This document shows positions 27,914-37,029 of a DNA stretch of 46,905 nt, piece by piece. Source of the DNA: Candidatus Acutalibacter ornithocaccae (GTDB lineage Bacteria; Bacillota; Clostridia; Oscillospirales; Acutalibacteraceae); contig DWXZ01000130.1 in assembly GCA_019118965.1 (NCBI GenBank), positions 1-46,905 of the forward strand. Direction: 5' to 3'. Made by a program: the position numbers and the translations under genes. Positions within the stretch are counted from its first letter, which is position 1. Every line of letters begins with the position of its first letter. Under the pieces are notes generated by a model, which saw only the letters and a program-made list of their open reading frames with translations, was not told where the DNA came from and did not search any database.

Positions 27914-30286
27914 TTACACTGTGGGAATTTGGAACATCTGGGTTTCCATGCCCTGGGTGGAGACGGTCAGCTCCAGCTGGCCGGGGGCGTCCCCCGCCCG
28001 GAGCACCAGCATGGCGTGGCCGTGCCAGGTGAAGCGCCGGCCGGTGCCGTAGCTCTCCTCGGTGCAGGGGTTGTTGGAGCCGAACCCGGCCAAGGTGCCC
28101 GGGCCCCGGAGGAACGCGGAGAGTTCCCTGTCGTCGTTGTAGACGCGGCGGCCCTGCTCGTCCACCAAGGTGGCGGTGACGTAGCACAAATCCAAGGTGT
28201 CGGCGGAGAGGGACTGTCTATCCGCCTCCAGGCGAAGGGCCACGGCGGGGCCGGTGGTTTCCAGCACGGACTCGCCCACGGGCTTGCCCTGGCGGTAGGC
28301 CACGGCTTTCAGCTGGCCGGGCTGGTAAGTCACGGTCAAGGTGGCAATCATCTCCACAGGGGCCGCCTTGCCCTGGGACTCCCCATTGACGAAGAACTCC
28401 ACCTCATCGCAATCGCAGTAGGCCTCCACCTGGATGGGCTTGCCCACATACTCCTCCTCGTAAGTCCAGCTGGGCAGCACATTGTGCCAGTGCCAGCCGG
28501 TGCCGTAGAGGGGCTTGCCGGTGTAGGCAGGAGGTGTGGTGAAGGCGTAAATGCCGTCGTCCATGCCCCAGATAACCTTCCGGTAGTAGGAGCGGGGCAG
28601 GCGCTCGGCGTCCAGGGCCAGGTCGCCCTGGTAGCAGCTGAGCCACGGCCAGCCGCCCATAAGGCTGGGGCCCATCTCGTTGGGGTCGTAGAAGAACCGG
28701 CCTGCGCCGGCCTCGCCCAGGTTGTCGATGGCGGTCCACATAAACTCGCCAATGACGTAGTCGTTGTCCCGGATGGCGTCCCAGTTGCCCCAGGTCTCGC
28801 TGCCCATGGTCTCCGTGCCCTGGAGGGGCATATCGGGGAAGAGCTTGTGGAACTGCTCGTAGTGGCGGAAGCTGTAGTTGAGGGACACAATGTCCAGGTG
28901 GGAAATCATGGCCTTAAAGCGGCGGGCGTGCTCCTCGTCGCTGCAATAGGGGTCGGGCTTGGCGGGAGGGCCGCTGGGCTCGGGGTTTGCCTTAAGGCAC
29001 TCCGGCATGAACATGCCGCCGCAGGTCACCAGGCGGGTGGAATCCAGGGAGCGGATGAAGTCCGCCTGGGCTTGCATCCAATATTCCGCGTTGGCGGCGC
29101 CGTTGGCCTCGGGAATCTCGTTGCCGAAGGACCAGCAGTAGACGCAGGGGTGGTTCCTATCCCGGCGGATGGTGGACTCGATGTCCCGCTGCCACCAGTC
29201 CTCGAACCACAGGTGGTAGTCGTTGCGGTTCTTGCCAACGCGCCAGCAGTCGAAGAACTCGTCGATGACGTAGACGCCCAGCTGGTCGCAGGCGTCCAGC
29301 AGCGCCTGGGAGGGCGGGTTGTGGGCGGTGCGGATGGCGTTGTAGCCGCCTTCCCGCAGCTTCTGGATTTTGCGGAACTCCGCCCGGGGCAGCGCGGCCG
29401 CGCCCAAAATGCCGTTGTCGTGGTGGATGCAGCCGCCGTAGAGCTTCACCTTCCGGCCGTTGACCTTCATGCCCTCGGCGGCGGTGACCTCAATCTTGCG
29501 GATGCCGATGTTCTGGGTGGTGGTGTCCGGCTCTTGGTCCGGGGCGGACAGGGACACCGTGGCCTGGTACAGGTTGGGCTCCCGGTCGTCCCACAGGGCG
29601 GGGGCGTCCACCGTCAGGGTGAGGGAGCAGGGCGTCTTCTCCCCGGGGGCCAGCGTCACCGGCACAGAGGCCCTGGCTTTCTCCTGGCCCTGGAAGGAGA
29701 GGGTGACTTCCAGCACAGCCTCTTGGGGCTGGGAGGTGGTGTTTTGGGCCTGGGCCTCCACCAGCACTTGGGCGCTGTCCCGCTCCACCACGGGGGTGGT
29801 GAGGAACAAATCCCGGGGGTCAATGTAGCAGGGCTCGCCCACCCAGAAGGACACCTGCCGGTACAGGCCCGCGCCGGAGTACCACCGGCTGGAGGGCTGG
29901 GTGCCCTGGAGGGTGACTTCCAGCTGGTTGGGGATATCAAATCGCAGCCAGGGGGTGAGCTCCACCGCGAAGGGGGTGTAGCCGTAGGGGTGCAGCTGGA
30001 GCAGCTCCCGGTTGACCGTGACGCGGGCGTTCATGTAGGCGCCGTCAAAGGAGAGGAACACAGGCTTCCCCTCCCACTCCTTGGGGGCGTCGAAGGTCTT
30101 TTCGTAGGTGGCGAGGCCATCGGGGATAAAGCCCACGGCGGCCTCCCCCGGGGCGGTGGGGGTGCGGGGCTTTTCCAGGACAAAATCGTCGGGCAGGTTG
30201 ACCTGTTGGGGGGCCGAGCCGGCGTCCCAATAGGGCCAGCGCTTTTGGCGGCGGGTCCAGGCGGTGTTGCAGGGGATATTGCGCAT
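27914..30286 (-). CDS. GH2 beta-galactosidase-type glycoside hydrolase
   Basis: VNLPDD, FDGAYMN, HPYGYTPF, SSRWYSGAGLYR, GGCIHHDNGILGAA, AIRTAHNPPS, RDRNHPCVYCWSFGNE, GTE, GEFMWTAIDNLGEAG. Confidence 0.9.
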   Translation of the reverse strand: MRNIPCNTAWTRRQKRWPYWDAGSAPQQVNLPDDFVLEKPRTPTAPGEAAVGFIPDGLATYEKTFDAPKEWEGKPVFLSFDGAYMNARVTVNRELLQLHPYGYTPFAVELTPWLRFDIPNQLEVTLQGTQPSSRWYSGAGLYRQVSFWVGEPCYIDPRDLFLTTPVVERDSAQVLVEAQAQNTTSQPQEAVLEVTLSFQGQEKARASVPVTLAPGEKTPCSLTLTVDAPALWDDREPNLYQATVSLSAPDQEPDTTTQNIGIRKIEVTAAEGMKVNGRKVKLYGGCIHHDNGILGAAALPRAEFRKIQKLREGGYNAIRTAHNPPSQALLDACDQLGVYVIDEFFDCWRVGKNRNDYHLWFEDWWQRDIESTIRRDRNHPCVYCWSFGNEIPEANGAANAEYWMQAQADFIRSLDSTRLVTCGGMFMPECLKANPEPSGPPAKPDPYCSDEEHARRFKAMISHLDIVSLNYSFRHYEQFHKLFPDMPLQGTETMGSETWGNWDAIRDNDYVIGEFMWTAIDNLGEAGAGRFFYDPNEMGPSLMGGWPWLSCYQGDLALDAERLPRSYYRKVIWGMDDGIYAFTTPPAYTGKPLYGTGWHWHNVLPSWTYEEEYVGKPIQVEAYCDCDEVEFFVNGESQGKAAPVEMIATLTVTYQPGQLKAVAYRQGKPVGESVLETTGPAVALRLEADRQSLSADTLDLCYVTATLVDEQGRRVYNDDRELSAFLRGPGTLAGFGSNNPCTEESYGTGRRFTWHGHAMLVLRAGDAPGQLELTVSTQGMETQMFQIPTV

Positions 30287-30380
30287 AGTGTTCTTCCTTT
30301 CTGTAGGGAGGATTTGTTTGCTTCCAGTGTACCAGCCCTGCCTGCCGGGGGCAATGTCAAATCCCGCTGTGTTGGAGATA

Positions 30381-30436
30381 TTTGTATCCTATCTGGATGC
30401 AGGTTGACAAATCCCCGGCATTTTTGTATCCTATCT
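30381..30436. promoter_or_regulatory. 14 bp direct repeat (TTTGTATCCTATCT x2) in the divergent GH2/AraC region, overlapping the AraC promoter
   Basis: Copies at 30381-30394 and 30423-30436 (42 bp period); TTGACA(30404-30409)-17-TATCCT(30427-30432). Confidence 0.6.
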
Positions 30437-30458
30437 TTTAGAAAGCATACAGGGAGGG

Positions 30459-31457
30459 ATGGCTGTGGCCCGGGAGGACACACGGAGCTTTGCCGGGGAA
30501 GGGATGCCCTTCTCCATGGCCTACATGGTCATACAGGACAACCAAAGCGCGGATTTCCAATTTTTGGGGGCGTCCTTGTCCCAGGGGGACGGGGCCACCA
30601 GCCGCCGGGTGCGGCTCCACCGCCACGCCCACTACGAGGTGGTGTTCGTGCTGGAGGGGGAGTTCGTCCAGCACCTGGAGAACGGGGAGTTCCGCTACCG
30701 GGCGGGGGACGTGGTGTTCCTCAACCGCAATGTGCGCCACAGCGAGGGCTACGAAAGCGACTGCGTGCTGGTGTTCGTGAACCTCTCCCCCCAACTGGTG
30801 GAGGACTTGTTCTTCTCCACGGCCCACCAACTGCGGCCCGGGGCGCCCCAGTGCAGCCGGGGGCCTATCTTCCAGTTCCTCCAGGAGAACAGCCGGGAGA
30901 CGGGCACAGACTTCCGCCGGGAGTACTTGGACTTCTTCGCCATGGGCGGCCAGGGCCAGGCCGCCGCGGTGCTGGACGCCATGGCCCAGGAGCTGACCAT
31001 GGCCTCTACGGGGTATGGGTTCCGCATCCAGGGGCTGCTGCTGGAGCTGTTCGCCGTGCTGGAGGACCCCGGCCGGTATTCCCTGGAGCGCATCCGGGTG
31101 GACGCCCGCGCGGAGGAGTTCCTCTACACCCGGGTGGCGCGCTACCTGGAGGCCCACCACGGCCGGGCCACCCGGGAGGAGCTGGGGCAGGTGTTCCACT
31201 ACAACGGGGATTACCTCAACCGGGTGGTGAAGAAATTCTCCGGGCTGACCATCTCCCAGCTGGGGCAGCGGCTGTATCTGGCCGAGGCAAAGCGCCTGCT
31301 GCGGGAGACAGACTGGGGCATTTCGGAGATTATCAGCCGGCTGGGCTTTGTGAACCGCACCTATTTTTACCGGGTCTTCCAGGAGGACACCGGCATGACC
31401 CCCAAGGAGTACCGGGCCCGGGAGCGGCGGGCCGGGGGATCCGCCCACCACACCTAA
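30459..31457 (+). CDS. AraC-family transcriptional regulator (cupin + HTH)
   Basis: LHRHAHYEVVFVLEG cupin; HTH ELGQVFHYNGDYLNRVVKK...LGFVNRTYFYRVFQEDTGMTPKEYR. Confidence 0.9.
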   Translation: MAVAREDTRSFAGEGMPFSMAYMVIQDNQSADFQFLGASLSQGDGATSRRVRLHRHAHYEVVFVLEGEFVQHLENGEFRYRAGDVVFLNRNVRHSEGYESDCVLVFVNLSPQLVEDLFFSTAHQLRPGAPQCSRGPIFQFLQENSRETGTDFRREYLDFFAMGGQGQAAAVLDAMAQELTMASTGYGFRIQGLLLELFAVLEDPGRYSLERIRVDARAEEFLYTRVARYLEAHHGRATREELGQVFHYNGDYLNRVVKKFSGLTISQLGQRLYLAEAKRLLRETDWGISEIISRLGFVNRTYFYRVFQEDTGMTPKEYRARERRAGGSAHHT

Positions 31458-31502
31458 AAAAGGCAGCCGCCGGAAATGCCGGGCAGCTGCCTTTTTTCTT
31501 TT
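31457..31502. terminator. Bidirectional terminator between AraC and MFS genes
   Basis: AAAAAGGCAGC...GCTGCCTTTTTT. Confidence 0.7.
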
Positions 31503-32673
31503 AAGAGCGCACACGCAGGATGCGCTTTACCTTCCAGGTGGCCAGGACCATCACCACAAAGAACACCAGCAGGTAGAGGGGCAGCAGCCCCACGGTGGTC
31601 AGCTGGCCCAGCACCCCAAAGAGGGTAGGGATGCCCATGGAGCCCACATAGGAGAAGGCCATCTGCACCCCCATGACGGACTGGGAGCGCTGGGGGCCGA
31701 AGCTCTCCGGGGTGAGGTAATTGAAGTTGGGGAACAGCGGGCCATTGCCCAACCCCACCAAAAACAATCCCACCGCGGAAACTGGGGCCGGGGCGGGCAG
31801 CAACAGCACCACCACCGCCGCGCCCAGCACCCACTGGCCCAGGCGGATAATCTTCCAGCTGTGAAGGCGGGAGGCCAGCACGCCGGAGAGGAACCGCCCC
31901 AGGGCCATGCCGATGTAGTAGAAGGTGACCATCCCGGCGGCCTGGTCTGCGGCCATGTGCTTGTACTCCACCAGGAAGGTGCTGCCCCAGGTGCCGCAGG
32001 TGGTCTCGATGCCCACCGAGGTGATGAACAGCAGGCACATGCCCTTCACCCCGGGGATGCGCAGCACCTCCCGGATGGGCAGAGCTTCGGAGACGACGTC
32101 CTCTCCCCCACCGGACTCCTTGCCGTGGGCCTTGGCCCAGACAGGCAAAGTGAGGAACATCAGGGCCGTGATGCACAGCTGGATGCACAGCGCCACCCGG
32201 TAGCCGCCCCGCCACCCTGCGGGCCCGCTGATGACCAGGGAGAGGATGTAAGGGCTTAGGGACACGCCCACGCCGTAGAAGCAGTGGAGGAAGCTCATGT
32301 GGGTGGCGGAGTAGTGCAGGGCCACGTAGTTGTTCAGGGCCGTGTCAATGGCGCCGGCGCCCAGACCCAGGGGGATGGCGCAGAGAATCAACCAGGGGAA
32401 GCTGCCCGCGCAGGAGAACCCAAACAAGCCCAAGGCGGTGAGGGCCGTGCTGAAGGCAGACACCTTGTTGGTGCCAAAGCGGCGAATCACCCGGGAGCTG
32501 AGGACGCTGGAAACCACCGTGCAGCAGGAGATAGTCACCGTGACAAAACTGCCAAAGGAGATGGGCAGGGAGAACTCCCCATAGATGGCGGGCCAGGCCG
32601 CGCCGAACAGGGAATCGGGGATGCCCAGGCCGATAAACGAAATGTAAATCACCACAAGAAGCAAGGTTGCCAT
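31501..32673 (-). CDS. MFS sugar transporter (FucP-like)
   Basis: RBS AGGAGG; YISFIGLGIPDSLFGAAWP, GLGAGAIDTALNNYVALHY, FLHCFYGVG, GLGNGPLFP; about 12 TM helices. Confidence 0.88.
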   Translation of the reverse strand: MATLLLVVIYISFIGLGIPDSLFGAAWPAIYGEFSLPISFGSFVTVTISCCTVVSSVLSSRVIRRFGTNKVSAFSTALTALGLFGFSCAGSFPWLILCAIPLGLGAGAIDTALNNYVALHYSATHMSFLHCFYGVGVSLSPYILSLVISGPAGWRGGYRVALCIQLCITALMFLTLPVWAKAHGKESGGGEDVVSEALPIREVLRIPGVKGMCLLFITSVGIETTCGTWGSTFLVEYKHMAADQAAGMVTFYYIGMALGRFLSGVLASRLHSWKIIRLGQWVLGAAVVVLLLPAPAPVSAVGLFLVGLGNGPLFPNFNYLTPESFGPQRSQSVMGVQMAFSYVGSMGIPTLFGVLGQLTTVGLLPLYLLVFFVVMVLATWKVKRILRVRS

Positions 32674-32701
32674 AAAAACCCTCCTAAACAAAGTCCACCT
32701 T

Positions 32702-32752
32702 ATTGTAGCAAATCTTGGGCCTTGCTTCTATCAAAAAGATGGGGTATTCTAT
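32702..32752. promoter_or_regulatory. Divergent MFS/AraC promoters with 21 bp-periodic TTCTAT repeats
   Basis: Minus TGcTACAAT (32702-32710); plus TTGCTT(32722-32727)-17-TATTCT(32745-32750); TTCTAT at 32726 and 32747. Confidence 0.5.
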
Positions 32753-32792
32753 AACAAAAGCGCCAAGTTTTACGAAAAAAGGAGGCTGCGCC

Positions 32793-33704
32793 ATGAACTG
32801 GGAACCATCCATGGACCCCTATGAGCTGCGGGAATCCATTGGGGAAAACCTGGAAGAAACCTGCCAGCACGGGGACAAGGCTTTCCCCTGCGCCGGGTAC
32901 CGGGACCACTACCGGCGGGGAAGGGAAAGCTATCCCTGGCACTGGCATGACGAATGGGAAATCGCTTTTGTGGAGCAGGGGCAGGTGCGGGCCCAGGTCA
33001 ACGGGGAGCAGCACCTGCTGGGACCGGGAGAGGGGATTTTCATCAACCGGCGGGTGCTCCACGCCTTTTCCCTGGAGGGGGACGGGGAGGTGTGGATGCC
33101 CAACCTGCTGTTTCTGCCCTCGCTGCTGTACGGCTCCCAGGAGAGCGTGTTCTGGGAGAAATACGCAAAGCCCCTGGCCTTCTCCACGGGGTGCACCCAT
33201 CTGGCGCTGCGGCAGGACGTCCCCTGGCAGAGGGAGGCGCTGGCCCAGGCGGGGCGGGCCTACGCCCTGCTGGAGGAAGCCGCCTACGGCTATGAGCTGC
33301 GGGTGCGCTCGGCCCTTTCCGAGGTGCTGGTGGCGCTGGCGGGCCACCTGCCGGAGCTGCCCAGCCAGCCCAGCCGGAACCAGGCGGAAATCCGCCGGGT
33401 GCGGCAGATGCTCACCTTTATCCAGGGGCACTACACCCAGCCTTTGCGGGTGGAGGACATTGCGGCCAGCGTGTTCATCAGCCGGCGGGAGTGCATGCGG
33501 GCCTTTCAAAATGTGCTGGGCATCTCCCCCATCCAATACGTCCTCCAGCTGCGGGTGCGCAAGGCAAAGGAGCTTTTGCTGGAGACAGGGCTGAGCCTGG
33601 GGGAAATCTGCGCCGCCTGCGGCTTCCAGGGGCAAAGCTACTTTACCAAGGCCTTTCGGGAGCGCACCGGCACCACCCCGGGGAAGTTCCGGGAAGGGAA
33701 GTAA
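32793..33704 (+). CDS. AraC-family transcriptional regulator (cupin + HTH)
   Basis: RBS AGGAGG; HGDKAFP, PWHWHDEWE; HTH IAASVFISRRECMRAF...CGFQGQSYFTKAFR. Confidence 0.9.
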   Translation: MNWEPSMDPYELRESIGENLEETCQHGDKAFPCAGYRDHYRRGRESYPWHWHDEWEIAFVEQGQVRAQVNGEQHLLGPGEGIFINRRVLHAFSLEGDGEVWMPNLLFLPSLLYGSQESVFWEKYAKPLAFSTGCTHLALRQDVPWQREALAQAGRAYALLEEAAYGYELRVRSALSEVLVALAGHLPELPSQPSRNQAEIRRVRQMLTFIQGHYTQPLRVEDIAASVFISRRECMRAFQNVLGISPIQYVLQLRVRKAKELLLETGLSLGEICAACGFQGQSYFTKAFRERTGTTPGKFREGK

Positions 33705-33718
33705 AATCTTTGGGGGCG

Positions 33719-33749
33719 TGTCACATTTTCCTGGGGCGGGGGCTCTAAT
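33719..33749 (+). promoter_or_regulatory. Putative ECF autoregulatory promoter
   Basis: TGTCACA ... CTCTAAT upstream of the ECF gene, resembling ECF -35/-10 elements. Confidence 0.4.
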
Positions 33750-33790
33750 GGGCGTACCGGTACAAAAGGAATGGAAAAGGAGGTGGCGGG

Positions 33791-34327
33791 ATGGACAACG
33801 GGGAACTGCGCCTGGTGAAGCTGGCCCGTAAGGGCGACCGGGAAGCCTTTACCCAGCTGGTGGTGGCCAACGAGCGGATGCTCTCCCGGGTGGCCATGGC
33901 CACGCTGAAAAATCCCGACGACGCGGCGGACGCCGTGCAGGACACGGTGCTGCAGGCTTGGGAAAGCCTGGGGCAGCTGCGCCAGCCGCGCTATTTCAAA
34001 ACCTGGGTGGTGCGCATTTTGCTGAACAAGTGCTACCGCATCAGCGCCCAGCGGAGCCTATACGCCCACAGCCAGCTGGAGGAGACCCTGCTGGCCGGGG
34101 AGCAGCCGGACTGGGACCAGTCTTTGGACGTTGCCAGCGCCCTGCAGGCCATGGGGGAGCAGGACCGGCTGCTGCTGGGGCTGTTCTACTTTGACAGGCT
34201 CTCCACCCGGGAGATTGCCCAGGCCCTGGGCCTCAGCGAAAGCTGTGTGCGCCAGCGGCTGCACCGGGGCCGCAAGCGCTTCCAGGCCATCTACACGGAA
34301 AAGGAGGAACTTTGCCATGAAAAATAA
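33791..34327 (+). CDS. ECF-type RNA polymerase sigma factor
   Basis: GDREAFTQL, DAADAVQDTVLQAW, FKTWVVRILLNKC, region 4 STREIAQALGLSESCVRQRLHRGR. Confidence 0.92.
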   Translation: MDNGELRLVKLARKGDREAFTQLVVANERMLSRVAMATLKNPDDAADAVQDTVLQAWESLGQLRQPRYFKTWVVRILLNKCYRISAQRSLYAHSQLEETLLAGEQPDWDQSLDVASALQAMGEQDRLLLGLFYFDRLSTREIAQALGLSESCVRQRLHRGRKRFQAIYTEKEELCHEK

Positions 34328-35933
34328 GCGGGAGCAAGAGGCCATCCGGGCGTACTTTGCCCAGGAGCCTGTGCCGGTGGAAATCCACAACGCCCTGCGG
34401 CAGGCCTGCCAACAGCTGCCGCCCCGGGAGGAATCCCCTGCCCCGGCGGCGGGGAAAGCCTGGCGCAGGCTGGGCGGGGCCCTGTCCACCGCGGCGGCGG
34501 CCTTTGTGCTGCTCTGCTGCCTGAACGCGGTGAACCCGGCCTTTGCGGAGAGCGTCCCTCTGCTGGGGGAGGCCTTCCGCCTGTACAACAGCCAGAACAA
34601 GGTGGCGGTGGGCAGTTATGTGGGCACCTATCCCCAGATGGAGCAGCCCGACGCTGCCGCGGCTGCGGCGGACGCCCAGGGCATGGAGCTGACGCTTCAC
34701 GAATCCTACAGCGACGGGGTGTACATCCACCTGTCCTTTGCGCTGGAAAACGTCCCGGAACGCCTGTGGGAGGATTTGTATTACCTCAGCGGGAAGGTGG
34801 AGGCCCAGGTGGACGGCCAAAAGCTGGAGCCCACCTATGTGGCCCTCTATCCCCAGGGGGAATCCCTGACAGGCTCCCTGGCGTTGGCGCTGCCCCAGGC
34901 CGCCGAGGACGGTGGGGAGCTGGAGCTCTCCTACCAGGTGACGGAATTAGAACGCTACTTTGCCATGGGCGGCAGCAGCGAGGCGGTAGAGGGGGCTTTC
35001 TCCGGCAGGGCCACCATCACCGTGGATACCAGCCACAACCGGACGGTGGAGGACTTTGAAAGCAACGGCACGGTGGAAATCAACTGGGTGGAGGCCACGC
35101 CCTCTTACACCAAGATAAACTACACCATCCCCTACTGGGGGAAAGAGGACTGCCTTGTGGTGAACTACCCCCGGCTGTACCTGCTGGACGGCACCCCGGT
35201 GCAGTACAGTTTGGAGGGCTCGGACTTCCCCCGGGAGGCCACCGGCGGCACCCTGACGGCCACGGCCTTTTTTGACGGCCTGCCCAACGGCACGGAGCAG
35301 GTGGTGCTGCGCTTCTACACGGAGCAGGCGACGAACTGGGAGCCCTCCACCAAGGCTGCGCCCCTGTGGTACCCTGTCAGCGGCGAGGCCCGGGAAATTT
35401 TAGTGCTGGCGGAGGCCACCGTGGATTTGGCCACCGGCACCGCCTCCCCCAGCCAGACGTACCTGGACTACGGGCTCTCTTACGCGGCGGACTACGGCAC
35501 GCGGTACTCCACGCTGAGCTGGACGCTGCCCCTTGACGACAGGGCTGTGGCGGGCCAGGCCTATATGTCCCAGCTGGCGGAGCAGCCCGGGCTGTTCCAG
35601 CAGGGCCTGGGGCTGTGGGAGCTGACCTACACCAAGGGCGGCGGCTGCCAGGCGGAGTTCGTCCTGCTGGGGGACGCCCCCACGGAAGCACTGGAGGTGA
35701 CTGTCACCCGGAAGGGGGGCGGCCTGCTGGCCCAGGGCACCCTCGCCCCGGCGGACATCCAAGCCGGCAGCGATGGCGGCGGCAGTTTCTACTACTGGGG
35801 CGCTGCCCTGGAGTGCCTCCCCGGACAGGAACCCCAGCTGCTGGACACCGTGACGGTGACTGTCACCCAGGGGGACTCCCAGGAGCCGGTGTTCCAGCGG
35901 GAAGTTTCCCTGGGCAACCGGGACAAAAACTGA
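34317..35933 (+). CDS. Membrane anti-sigma factor (DUF4179-like) with a large extracellular region
   Basis: Overlaps the sigma stop; short cytoplasmic N-terminus, TM helix, NPAFAESVPLLG, GMELTLHESYSDG. Confidence 0.75.
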   Translation: MKNKREQEAIRAYFAQEPVPVEIHNALRQACQQLPPREESPAPAAGKAWRRLGGALSTAAAAFVLLCCLNAVNPAFAESVPLLGEAFRLYNSQNKVAVGSYVGTYPQMEQPDAAAAAADAQGMELTLHESYSDGVYIHLSFALENVPERLWEDLYYLSGKVEAQVDGQKLEPTYVALYPQGESLTGSLALALPQAAEDGGELELSYQVTELERYFAMGGSSEAVEGAFSGRATITVDTSHNRTVEDFESNGTVEINWVEATPSYTKINYTIPYWGKEDCLVVNYPRLYLLDGTPVQYSLEGSDFPREATGGTLTATAFFDGLPNGTEQVVLRFYTEQATNWEPSTKAAPLWYPVSGEAREILVLAEATVDLATGTASPSQTYLDYGLSYAADYGTRYSTLSWTLPLDDRAVAGQAYMSQLAEQPGLFQQGLGLWELTYTKGGGCQAEFVLLGDAPTEALEVTVTRKGGGLLAQGTLAPADIQAGSDGGGSFYYWGAALECLPGQEPQLLDTVTVTVTQGDSQEPVFQREVSLGNRDKN

Positions 35934-35948
35934 CAACGCCCACACCCT

Positions 35949-35978
35949 GGCGGGAAGCGGAGAGCTTCCCGCCTTTTT
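35949..35978 (+). terminator. Terminator after the anti-sigma gene
   Basis: GGCGGGAAGC-GGAGA-GCTTCCCGCC-TTTTT. Confidence 0.8.
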
Positions 35979-35984
35979 GCTGCC

Positions 35985-36013
35985 TTGCGATTCTCTCCAG
36001 GGGCCTGTATAAT
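35985..36013 (+). promoter_or_regulatory. Sigma-A promoter of the AraC gene
   Basis: TTGCGA-17 bp-TATAAT. Confidence 0.7.
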
Positions 36014-36036
36014 GGGGAAAGAAAGGGGGTGGGCCC

Positions 36037-36909
36037 GTGCCCGCAGGGAAAAGCCAGTACAGGAAAGGGGAGTATCCCACCTTTGAGGACTACAGCATCT
36101 ACGCCCAGCGGGTGGTGCTCAACGGGGAGTTCGTCCAGCACTCCCACGACTTTGACGAGATTGTGCTCATCCTCTCCGGCACGGGGGAGCACCTGGTGGG
36201 CCAGCGGGTGTACTCCCTAAAGCGGGGGGACGTGTTCGTCATCAAGGGGGAGACGCGCCACGGCTTTCGGGGGGCGAAAAACCTGGAGCTGGTCAACGTG
36301 ATGTACGACCCTCGGATCCTGCTCTCCGGCGAGGGGGATTTGCGGGCTGTGGCGGGGTTTGCCTACCTGTTTTTGGTGCAGCCGGCCATCGCCCAGCAGG
36401 AGGAGTATCCCTACGCCGTGTTCCTGGACGAGGACGCCACCGAGACGGCCAGCACCCTGTGCGGGTTCCTCATCCGCCAGCTGGAGGACTGCGCGGGCCA
36501 GTACCAGGTGGCGGTGCAGTACGGCTTTAAGACCTTGGCGGCGTACCTGGCCAACCACTACCGCACCCGGGAGGACCTCTCGGAAAAGCTGGGCATCTTC
36601 ACCCGGGCGGTGCAGTATTTGCAGTACAACGCCGCCCGGCCCATCAAGCTGCAGGAGGTGGCGGAGGCGGCGGCTGTCTCTCAGCGCCACCTGGAGCGGG
36701 TGTTCTTTGAGGTGTGCGGCCTCTCCCCCATGGCCTACCTGCTGGAGCTGCGCCTGCGCCACGCCAGCCTGCTGCTGCGAGGGACTTCCAAGACTGTAGC
36801 GGAAATCGCCGGGGAATGCGGCTTTGAGGACCCCAGCTACTTTGCCAGGGTATTCAAGCGGAAGTACGGCGCGCCACCCAACCAGTGCCGGAACGCCAAG
36901 GCCCTGTGA
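36037..36909 (+). CDS. AraC-family regulator (RhaR/RhaS-like cupin + HTH)
   Basis: HSHDFDEIVLILSGTGEH, GDVFVI..ETRHGF; HTH VAEAAAVSQRHLERVF...CGFEDPSYFARVFKR. Confidence 0.9.
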   Translation: MPAGKSQYRKGEYPTFEDYSIYAQRVVLNGEFVQHSHDFDEIVLILSGTGEHLVGQRVYSLKRGDVFVIKGETRHGFRGAKNLELVNVMYDPRILLSGEGDLRAVAGFAYLFLVQPAIAQQEEYPYAVFLDEDATETASTLCGFLIRQLEDCAGQYQVAVQYGFKTLAAYLANHYRTREDLSEKLGIFTRAVQYLQYNAARPIKLQEVAEAAAVSQRHLERVFFEVCGLSPMAYLLELRLRHASLLLRGTSKTVAEIAGECGFEDPSYFARVFKRKYGAPPNQCRNAKAL

Positions 36910-36911
36910 AA

Positions 36912-36978
36912 GATGTCGGAATTGTCCGGGTGGATGTCGGTTTTCTGTCTGGCGCGACAGGCCTCCCTGTGGGATAAT
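36912..36978 (+). promoter_or_regulatory. Candidate AraC operator and extended -10 for the isomerase-SufSE operon
   Basis: GATGTCGG at 36912-36919 and 36933-36940 (21 bp period); TGgGATAAT at 36970-36978. Confidence 0.6.
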
Positions 36979-37029
36979 GCGGGTGTAACAAAACAAGCAG
37001 CTTCCCACGGGGAAGAAAGGATGGTTTTC

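Noticed and set aside
27929-31504. 1191 aa plus-strand ORF spanning the GH2 and AraC genes
   Set aside because: Antisense or off-frame shadow with low-complexity G/A/P/R content, crossing a promoter region
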